DNA of 30,622 nucleotides from Neocallimastix sp. 'constans' (lineage: Eukaryota). The notes beneath the pieces are model-generated. The model saw only the letters and a list, made by a program, of their open reading frames with translations, was not told the origin of the DNA and searched no databases. The DNA lies in assembly GCA_050613775.1 (NCBI GenBank), contig JBODTK010000156.1, forward strand, positions 372,001 through 402,622, given 5' to 3'. A program made the position numbers and the translations under genes. This document shows, in pieces, positions 21,309 through 30,622 of the stretch. The first letter of the stretch is position 1. The number at the start of each line of letters is the position of its first letter.

Positions 21309-21980
21309 GATATTGTATTTTTGATTATTGTTTTTTTATTTTATTATTAATGATAGAATTAATCAAATAATAAAACAAATAATAATTTATATACTTTCAT
21401 AATTACACATGATAAACTTTTAAAATTCTACATAAATCTTCACCTTAAAATATTGTATCATATGATCATAGTCATAATATTAATGATATACATAAAATTA
21501 TTGAAATTTCTAATAAAACTATGGATCAAAAAATTTCTCAAAAAATGAAAAAAAAATTTAATGATAAAATTTTTTTATCGAATAATAATAATAAAAATCA
21601 AATTTTCAAAATTCCAAACATTATCAATAATTCACTTATTTTCTCTAATAAAAAAAATGATAATTCTTATAATAATTATATTTCAAGTGACATTTTAAAT
21701 GATACTATATTTTCCCATGACTCATGTAATATTTATTCAAATGACGATCATAATTCATAATTCTAATACCCATAGTCCATCTCAAACTAATAATAATATT
21801 TATGAAAATTCCAATTTTTGTCAATTCTATCCATTCTATTAATAATCCTGAAAATTTATTCCATGATAGCTAATCTCTTACTACTTTAGCTAAAAATAAT
21901 ATATTAAATTAAATGAAAATGAAATTATATATGATATAATGATTAATAATGAAATTAATTATCCCTATTCTTCCAGAAAA

Positions 21981-22643
21981 AAAAAAAAAAAAAAAAACAT
22001 AGACTTGCACATATGGGTACCCATCTCCCATATGGCCATACAGTTATTAATTAACTGTAAGGTGATGAGTTATTGGCATACCGTAACAGCTTCGTCGCTC
22101 TCAATCGTCGTTACACACTGCCCGGAGATGTATTCCTAACGTTCCTACATATATCTCTATTGACCATGAGCATCAGAACGGCATCATTAACTCCTCCCTA
22201 GTGGGTGTAATCATTGGCGTAATAATGGTAGTTTAGTAAATTTTATTAATAAAATTATAATATTCGTACAATTAAAATAATAATTCTAATTCCTAAAAAT
22301 TTACAAGAGAGTTCTCTATTTTTAATATAAATAATCTAATCTATTTATAAGAAATAGGTAATATATTAATTATATATTCTAATATATAGAACTATATAAA
22401 TTTTATATGAATTAAAGTATTATAATTATTATAATTATAATAATATATATTGAAATAAAATAAAATAAAATAATTATTATCAAAAAGATATAAATTTAAT
22501 ATTTAATAATTATTATTAAATATATAAATATGTTACTACACATATTTGTTTTATATCACAGGATAGAAACATCATCCGATTATTTGGTGCCATGCCAAGG
22601 ATTCGAACCCCGCCCTCTACAGTAACCTATGGACCAACATGGT
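21981..22643 (-). mobile_element. tRNA-derived SINE-like retroposon with poly(T) 3' tail and 17-bp target-site duplication
   Basis: TSD CCTATTCTTCCAGAAAA at 21964-21980 and 22644-22660. There is a tRNA-like head on the minus strand at 22643-22585, a GC-richer hairpin domain at 22230-21998 and a T21 run (A run 21977-21997 on +). Confidence 0.85.
22585..22643 (-). pseudogene. Truncated tRNA-like head (59 nt; acceptor stem, A-box, T-arm/B-box and CCA; anticodon arm missing)
   Basis: Minus strand: ACCATGT TG GTCCATAGGTTA CTGTAGAGGG CGGGG TTCGAAT CCTTG GCATGGC A CCA. The acceptor stem ACCATGT/GCATGGC pairs 6/7 and the B-box is GGTTCGAATCC. Confidence 0.8.
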
Positions 22644-22708
22644 CCTATTCTTCCAGAAAATTACCATTACCTCCAAATTCTCCAAATTCTAAAATAGTTA
22701 TTCCTTCT

Positions 22709-23789
22709 TGTCACGAATACTAGTGGATTTGAGATTAAAATTCACTATTAGATCAATTGAAATTTAGTTTCGTTATTGACAAAAATTATTTTAATTTGAT
22801 TTTAATTATAAAAATAAATATTAGAAACATTAAATAATCAGAAACCAAAGGGTTTGGACTTATTTATTAAAGATAATTTAATTTAATTTAACCCTTAAGA
22901 AATTGATAACCATAACTTGAAGAAAAACAACGACAACACGACAAATAATGAAAATATTATATTGATATTCCCGCTAAAATTATATTCATTAGAAAGCTAT
23001 GGACGAGAACTACAACATATGTTAAAATCAACCTTATTGGACAACTAGAAGACGAGATATTGGACTTTAAAGATATTTTAAATGTAAAAAATAATTTAAT
23101 TATTTAAGACACTATATTATTAATTAGAATTTATATTAGATAAAATCTCTTAACTTGGAAATTATATTATTAATTTTTTTATGAACAAATATTATTAATT
23201 AAAAATACAGAATTAGTTATTAGTAATAGTTTTATAATATTTTAAATAAGTTTATAAGTTTTATATATTTTATTATAATATTTTTATTCAATTATTTTCT
23301 AAAAGATTCTAAGGAATTCTTTATCATTCTAAAGATTTCCGAAAGAGAATTTTTAATTAGTTTTAATATTTTATTTTATTATTTTATTTAATTATTAATT
23401 AGTTTTAGTATTAAATTGTTTAATGAATAATTATATAGTTATTGTATTAAAAGATTCTTATCAACATTATTTTATTATTATATTTTATATAGTTTATATA
23501 AAAATTAGAATGTATTAATTATTATTTATATTGTTAATTATTAGTTTAGTTAGTATAAAAAAGAAATGAAATTCCATTCTTTGAATTCTTTGTAAGATTA
23601 TTAACTTATTAACATTAACTTATTAATTTGAATCTATTAACATAAAGTTAATGGATTAATTATAACAATAAATAATTCTTTATATTAATCTTAGTTAAAA
23701 TTTAATAATAATCTTACCTAATTTAAAAATTTAACAATAATCTTACCTAATTTAAAAATTTAACAATAATCTTACCTAAAAACTTAACA
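22709..23789. mobile_element. Solo LTR (1081 bp, TG...CA) with 5-bp TSD CTTCT
   Basis: CTTCT (22704-22708) | TGTCACG ... TTAACA | CTTCT (23790-23794). It contains ~3 tandem copies of a 29-bp unit AAAATTTAACAATAATCTTACCTAATTTA at ~23697-23780, and Copia pol sequence resumes just after it. Confidence 0.8.
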
Positions 23790-24891
23790 CTTCTACCCTT
23801 AGAACTGCAAGAAAGGAAGTTAAATCCTAATGATACCTATATGATCGTATCTATTTATTTTGATTCTCCAAATAGCTATAATGAAGCAATTTGTTTCAAC
23901 AATAAAAATTTACTGAATTAATGCTATTAAAGATGAATTAAATAATCTACATTTAAACAAAATTATTACTTTTGTTTCAGAAGTTCTTCCAGTTAAAAAC
24001 ATTATTTTTACTAAATAGATTTTTACTTCTAAAAGAGATAGTAATAATTTTATTTATAAATATAAGGCTCGTCTTATTGCCAGAAGTTTCCGTCAAAAAT
24101 GGGGTATTGATTATAATATTACTTATTCCCCTACTTTAAATATTAATAGTCTTAAACTCTTTTTTTTATTGCATTATCTTCAGCTTTTCACTGGGACATC
24201 ATTCAACTTGATATCAAGGCTACTTATCTTAATACTCCTCTCAACAAAGATATTTTCACTGTCATTCCCAAAGGCGATATAAACTTTGGGAGGGTATACT
24301 GGAATCTTAACAAAGTCTTATGTAGCCTTAAACAATCATATAGACAATGGTACAAAATAATAAAGAAATTTTTAATTATTAATAATTTTAGACAAATAAA
24401 AACCTAATAATAAAACATCAAATTGTGGACCAATCGAATATTATTTTAGGAATTAAAGTGGAAAAAAAACAAAATAATAGTTATATAATTTCTCAGAAAA
24501 GATTTATTGAAAATATGGTAGATACTGATAGAAAATATACTTCAGGTGGAATTATTTTAATTGCTTTTTAGATATGCTGGATATCCAAAAAGCAATCATG
24601 TGTTGCTACTTCTATCTCGGAAGCTGAATAAATAAGTACTTCAGAAAGTGTCAATAAAATACTATGGTTAAGAATATTATTAAAGAAATATTAAATAATT
24701 AATTATAAATCTATACTGATAATCAAGCAAGCAAGTAAATATATATTAGAAAATGGTAAAATTAATACTAAATTAAAGCATATAGATGTAAAAAGCCAAT
24801 TCAATAGGGTGTGATAACTACTTAATAATTATACTATATATTTATTAATATTATTTTATATATTTAATTATTATGTTTTTATTGATTTTAT

Positions 24892-25421
24892 GGGGATAGT
24901 GCATTTCTCAATGTGGCGTATTTTTATATGTGGCTTCTTTTTAATAATTAAATAAATAATTAAATAAATAATAAATATTCTTTTTATATATAATTTATTA
25001 CTATTCAACTGTATAAATAGTTTTTTATAATTCTTTGTTTAATAGAATATATTATTTCTTTTGAAATAGTTATTTAATAATATTTAATTGTAAAAATATA
25101 TTATTATTTCTTTTAAGATGATGTAAATTTAAATTCTTATTTATATAAAAATATTAAAATTTTAAACAATTAATTTAGTTAATTAAAAAAAAAATCACTG
25201 ATTTTTTTATTAAGAATAATTTTAACTATTAATAGTAATTCGACAAATTTTATTGATCATTTTTAATTTGTTATTTTTTAATTAATAATTTTAATATTTA
25301 AATCTCTTAAATACTTCAACCATAATTCAACGAATTCATTTCTTTTCCTTTTTTCTTTTTTAATGGAAATTCTATATTTTTGTAATATTTAATTAAGGCA
25401 TTTATTTCATCAGTTCGTTTT

Positions 25422-25465
<44 letters not shown>

Positions 25466-27241
25466 CCAAGTTCCACTTTTTCTCATTTTGCAATCATCAT
25501 AGAATAATGAATCTACTTTTTGTAAAGTTAATAAAAATTTATAAAAATGAGGCTTTTTTTGGAAATAAATTGTTTAAATAATTGTTGAATGATTCTGAGG
25601 CATTATTTGTTATATGCTCTATATTATCATAATAATTCCAATGTTTAATTTCATAATCTTTTAAATAATTATTTAAAGTATTCTATAAATTCCAAAAAAT
25701 TGACATATTTATGTACAGGACACTCACTTTTAATTTTATTATAAATATCATTTATATATTCAGGGTTTATAAAAGGAAAGTTTGAAATAAACTTATAATA
25801 AATATATGAATCAATATTATTTTCTACTCTTTACAACATAATTTATTTTTTTTTTTTTTAATTTCTAATGTTCTTTTATCATACCAAGTACAGTATTTGA
25901 TATTTATATCAGGAAACACTTTTTTAACAGAATTAGAAATACCTTTTTCAAAATCACAATGAAAATTTTAGTGTAATGATAATATTATTATTCTTTTAGA
26001 CATTTTTATTTATTTCTTCAAATAACACTTCATAAGTTCTTTGTTCTTTATTTTTTAATATTGAAAAGTAGTGTAAAAACTATTTAATTCCTTAACCTAA
26101 GTTCTAGTAATGAACACTTGATAACGACATTTTGGTGCAATTTTAAATGTACCATATGCAAAAACATCTATATTATATTGCATAAATAATTTTGCTTGGA
26201 ATAGTAATTGAAAGATAATAATATTAGAATTTTTTAATATCTAAAATTTTCATTTCTTTCTGTTTTATAATAATCTGATTCATTTGGAATTGTATCAAAT
26301 GTTGTTACTTTTTGAGGCATTTTTTATTTATATTTCTTAATATTTGAGATCTTACTGTATCATATTCAGGACACAAAAAACCAACTTCTTTAGAAATTTC
26401 ATTAAATATTCGCTTTGTTCTTATATCAAAAGGGATAGAACTTTTTCTTCTTTCTTCTTTAATTCTATGTTTTGTTATTGATATAGATCAATCACACTCT
26501 TTTTCAAGATGATTATGAAAATCTTCATAATTTAGGATCTCATTCTTATTGTTTAAAATAATAAAAGATTTACATTTATTTTTTGTTTTGTATTCAGTGC
26601 ATCTATATACTTTTGAATTATTTTTCTTTAAAGTTGAAAAATTAAATTTAAATTTTCTATTTATAATAACTTGTTCTTTTCCTCTATTAGTTTCACTAAA
26701 TTCAATTATTAGATTTTCATCCATTTAATATCAATTTTAATAATAAATTTAATTATAAATTTTAATTAATATTATTGCTGTAATTCTTTTTAACCATTAT
26801 ATAAAATATTTATAATTATATTTTACTTTTTAATGATTAAAAAATAAAATATTTATTTATTTAATTATTTCTATTATTTCTATTTATTTTGTTCTATTTA
26901 TTTTTTTCCTGAATAATTTATTTAGTTTTCTTTTTTATTTTTTTATTATTATCTTTTTTTTTTTTTTTTTTTGATAAACCTTTATAAATTAATATGTGAT
27001 TATTATTATTTTTATAAATATATTTATTTCTTTTTTATTATAATTTTTTAAATACATATTTAAATATATTAATTGCAATTTTTCTTTATTATTCAATTAT
27101 ATATTTAAATATGTTCATTATTTTTTTTTTTTTTTTAATTGTATATATAATTATTTAATTATTTATATATTTATTTATTATTGTATAGTATGGCTTTATT
27201 TTATAATAATTAAAAGCCACATTAAGAAATGAATTATCTAC
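24892..27241 (-). mobile_element. Mutator-like (MULE) DNA transposon with imperfect terminal inverted repeats
   Basis: Left end GGGGATAGTGCATTTCTCAATGTGGC (24892-24917) matches the reverse complement of 27216-27241 (GTAGATAATTCATTTCTTAATGTGGC) at 21/26 positions. It encloses a transposase pseudogene and I found no TSD. Confidence 0.7.
25278..26724 (-). pseudogene. MULE transposase pseudogene (copy 1)
   Basis: N-terminal FLYWCH/WRKY-GCM1-like finger (YRCTEYKTKNKC...HNH), DVFAYGTF (first catalytic D replaced by Y), FHCDFEK, KYCTWY and ITNNASESFN. Multiple stops and frameshifts. Confidence 0.85.
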
Positions 27242-27245
27242 AAAA

Positions 27246-27347
27246 GGGGGTGTGTCATTTCGAAAATTTTTATTACATAAATTTGTATTTTGTTGTGGGG
27301 AGTGTGCATTTCGAAAATTTTTATTACAAAAATTTGTATTTTGTTGT
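27246..27347 (+). repeat. Tandem 51-bp duplication of a TIR-like end (GGGG(G/A)GTG..CATTTCGAAAATTTTTATTAC...)
   Basis: Copies at 27246-27296 and 27297-27347. The start resembles the MULE end at 24892 (GGGGA.NGTGCATTTC). Confidence 0.75.
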
Positions 27348-27605
27348 ATGGCTTAAATATTTTTAATTTTAAGCCACTTAATTTTATTAAAAATTTAATG
27401 AATAATAATTAATTAATTAATTAAATAAAATTACAATTCTCAAAAATTTTCAAACACGTAATCTTACGTGGGGCGTATATCTAATTGTATCATAATTTTG
27501 TGGCTATTTTCTACAATTTTTAAAAAGCCATATATTCGCATTATGGCGTGAATAATAAATGTGGTGATATTTTATGACGATAATTTATAAGCCACCAAGA
27601 ATTTG

Positions 27606-27649
27606 GCGAAATTCAACTGGACGAAATTCAACTTTTGGCGAAATACAAC
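27606..27649 (+). repeat. Three short direct repeats (G(G/A)CGAAAT(T/A)CAAC), probable transposon subterminal repeats
   Basis: GGCGAAATTCAAC, GACGAAATTCAAC and GGCGAAATACAAC lie upstream of transposase copy 2. Confidence 0.6.
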
Positions 27650-28143
27650 ACTTCAATAAATAATAATTAGGTTAGGTATTTCTATTTAACATTGAAAAAT
27701 AAAATAAAAAATAAACATTTATTTTTTAATGCTTAAAAAATAAAATAAAAATAAGAAATAAGAAAACTTTTTTTTTAAACATTGAAAAATAAAATAAAAA
27801 TAAATAAACATTTTATTATTTAATGCTTAAAAAATAAAATAAATAAATAAACATTTTATTATTTAATGCTTAAAAAATAAAATAAATAAATAAAAATTTA
27901 TTTTTTAAGCATTAAAAAATAAAAAAAATAAAATAAAATAAAAAATAAAAAATAAAAATAAATAAATAAAATAGTAAATAAAGAAATAATAAATAATTAA
28001 TAAGTAAATAATTATTTAAATAATTATATAATTAATTAAAAAAAGGTTTATTATTTTAAATATTAAAAAAAAAAAAAAAAAAAGTTTCAAAGCATTTAAA
28101 AGTATATTTATTAAAACATTTTATTGAAAAATTTTAATTATTA

Positions 28144-29580
28144 ATGGAAGACAATATTGAAATTGTAATAAGTGAAACAAATCGAGGAAATGAACAAATT
28201 ATTATTAATAAAAAATACAAATTTAATTTTTCATTTCAAAGGAAAGATAAATCAAAAATTTATAGATGCACTGAATATAAGACTTTAAATAAAAGTAAAT
28301 CTTTAATTATTTTAAATGATAAAAAGGAGGTTTTAAAATATGAAAGTTTACATAACCATCTCGAAAAAGAAATTGATGTGCCTATATCAGTAGCAAAGCA
28401 TAAAATTAAGGAAGAAATTAAGAAAAATTCAATTCCTATGGATATAAAACCTAAACATATATTTAATGCCGTTTCTCAAGAAATGGGACTTATATGTTCC
28501 GAATATAGTACAATTAGATCCCAAATAATAAGAAATATAAATAAACAATTTCCTCCAAACATAAAAGGTTTTGATGATATTCCCATTGAATCAGAATATT
28601 ATAAAACTAAAAGAAATGAAAATTTTATGATATTTAAAAATACTGATCTAATAATCTTTCAATCACCATTCCAAGCATATTTATTTTCGAATTATCATAA
28701 TAATATATTTGCGGACGGTACATTTTATGCAGCACCGAAATTTAGTTATCAATTATTTATAACAAGAACTTATGTTGGGGAATTTAATATGTTTTACACT
28801 ACTTCCATTTCTATATTAAAAAATAAAAAACAATCTACATATGAAACATTATATAAAGAAATAAAAAAAAAATGCAAATAAATTTAGGAGTAAAACATTA
28901 ATTATTACAATTAATTTTCATTGTGATTTTGAACAAGGTATATCTAATGCTGTAAAAAAAGTTTTTCCCAATATAAATATTAAATATTGTGTTTGGCATT
29001 ACAAAAGATCATTAGAAAAACAAAAAAATATATTATGTTATCATGAAGTGAAGAATAATAATGATGTATATATTTATTATAAAGCTATTTCGAACTTACC
29101 GTTTATAAACCCTAACTATATATTTGATATTTATATTATAATAAAAAGAATTTGTCAAAAAAAAAAAGTATAATATTTTCTGCAATTTTTAGAATATTTT
29201 AATAAAGATTATTTACTTAAGTATAATGTTAATAATTGGAATTATTATGAAAATATAGAGCATTTAACAAACAATGCATCAGAATCTTATAATAGCTACT
29301 TAAATAATATATTTCCAAATAAACCTTTATTTTATAAATTAATATATATATTAAAAGAAGAAGAAAACTTATCTTATAATGATTATCAAAGAGAACTAAA
29401 GGAAATTGGAAAAAAAAACAAAAAATATTTAGTGCAACTGATGAAATTAAAATTTTAATTGAAAATTACAAAAGTAAGGAAATAAATTTATTTTATAATG
29501 GATGCTACAGAAATGAATTAGTTAAATTATGGAAAGATTGTTTAATTGATTTAAACAATATAAATATTAATTTAAAATAA
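28144..29580 (+). pseudogene. MULE transposase pseudogene (copy 2), DDE triad recognisable
   Basis: ORF 28144-28881 (SETNRG, YRCTEY, HNH, IFADGTFYAAP, QLFITR) frameshifts in the A-tract near 28865 into FHCDFEQG, KYCVWH and LPF. There is an in-frame TAA at 29171, then TNNASESYN, a second frameshift near 29390 and a final TAA at 29578-29580. Confidence 0.9.
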
Positions 29581-29806
29581 ATAACCTTAATTTAAAAAAA
29601 ATTCTAGAAAAATACAAATTTATTTATTTTATATTTATATTTATAATCGTTTAAATAATAATTAAATAATCTTAATTTAAAAAAATGCTAGAAAAATACA
29701 AATTTATTTACCTATTGTGTTTATTTAATAATCTTAATAGAAACTATCTTTTAGTTATTTTTATTAAGTAATTTATAACTAAAACCGATTTATTTGATAC
29801 TAGTTA

Positions 29807-29942
29807 AAATTTTATTAATATCAATATCAATATTATATAATTATAAATTTTATTAATATCAATATCAATATTATATTATTATAAATTTTATTAATATCAA
29901 TATCAATATTATATTATTATAAATTTTATTAATATCAATATA
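29807..29942. repeat. Tandem ~38-bp minisatellite (AAATTTTATTAATATCAATATCAATATTATATTATTAT), ~3.5 copies
   Basis: Directly visible tandem units. Confidence 0.85.
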
Positions 29943-30374
29943 CTTTTCAAAATTAATTATGTTATTAAAAATATTAAATTCAATAAAAGATTTTTATTAT
30001 TTTATTAAAATTATAATTGTTATTATTATATTTTAATAATAATTGATTCATATTGATCAAACATTATAAATATTACTATGCAAATAATTAATTATTTTAA
30101 TAGGATCAATTATTCAACTCTTATTGTTTTAATTTTTAATTCTTATATCATTTAAATTAATATATATATATATATATCGTTTATGAAAATATGAATTATA
30201 AATAATTAAAATTATTTACTTTTCATTTAAATGTTTTTATTTACTATAATAAAATATAATAATTAAAAGACAAACGTTATTATAACTAATTTTTTTTTTT
30301 TTTTTTAGAAAAATAAATGAAAAAAATTAAAATATATAAGATTCCTATATATATAAAATAATTATTATATATTT

Positions 30375-30622
30375 TTTTATTTATTTTATTATATTTTATT
30401 ATATTTTATTATATTTTATTTTATTATATTTTATTTATTTTATTTTATTTTATTTTATTTTATTTTATTTTATTTTATTTTATTTTATTTATTTTATTTT
30501 ATTTTATTTTATTTCATTTTATTTTATTTTATTTTATTTTATTTCATTTTATTTCATTTCATTTTATTTTATTTTATTTTATTTTATTTTATTTTATTTT
30601 ATTTCATTTTAATATTTATTTT
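30375..30622. repeat. (TTTTA)n pentanucleotide microsatellite with TTTCA interruptions
   Basis: Directly visible. Confidence 0.9.

Larger units (their letters stand above)
21350..24812 (+). mobile_element. Decayed Ty1/Copia LTR-retrotransposon pol remnant, interrupted by a SINE-like element and a solo LTR
   Basis: From 23860: PNSYNEAI, INAIKDEL, YKYKARLIARSFRQKWGIDYNITYSPT, QLDIKATYLN, LKQSYRQWY, ILGIKV (RT; the YVDD block appears deleted), then DRKYTSG, ICWISKKQSCVATSISEAE, IYTDNQAS, KLKHIDVK (RNase H). The assignment of 21350-21960 to the integrase-RT linker is weak. Confidence 0.8.

Noticed and set aside
19838..22139. ORFs 19838-20023, 21521-21760 and 21939-22139 as host genes
   Set aside because: Low-complexity AT-rich or TE-derived sequence. 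The last ORF runs across the TSD and A-run junction of the SINE.
22055..22215. Hammerhead/twister ribozyme, 5S rRNA or C/D snoRNA in the SINE tail
   Set aside because: Only partial motifs are present: GTGATGA without a GAAA core, TAACTCC without the twister P4/pseudoknot, and GGCCATAC and TAGTGGGTG with the wrong spacing for 5S.
22585..22643. Functional tRNA gene, or LTR primer-binding site (TGGTGCCATG... on +)
   Set aside because: It has no anticodon arm. The complementarity spans 59 nt, is not preceded by an LTR CA end, and lies inside its own TSD, which fits a SINE head better.
28144..29580. Intact transposase with programmed frameshifting or only homopolymer sequencing errors
   Set aside because: Besides the A-tract shift there is an in-frame TAA at 29171, a second shift near 29390 and a lost finger Cys, so it is more likely a pseudogene. 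Read-level checking would settle this.

Overview
This is extremely AT-rich, intron-dense eukaryotic genomic DNA. The style resembles anaerobic gut fungi (Neocallimastigomycota), but that taxon is my inference. Three host genes spliced cleanly by hand: a RIO2 kinase (-), a CHL1/DDX11-type Fe-S DEAH helicase (+) head-to-head with it, and an ER Hsp70-family LHS1/GRP170 chaperone ending in KDEL (-). The rest is mostly transposon debris: two decayed non-LTR (LINE-like) retrotransposons, a decayed Ty1/Copia pol that carries a solo LTR and a SINE-like insertion, and two divergently oriented Mutator (MULE) transposase pseudogenes. The most unusual item is a ~660 bp tRNA-headed SINE-like element. Its tRNA head lacks the anticodon arm and has a templated CCA, its 3' domain is structured, it ends in poly(T) rather than poly(A), and it sits in a perfect 17-bp TSD ending in AAAA. 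Second is a ~1 kb compound array of a conserved 33-nt unit separated by variable-length pure (TTTTA)n tracts, next to a LINE 3' end. All exon and element boundaries were read manually and no database searches were run.
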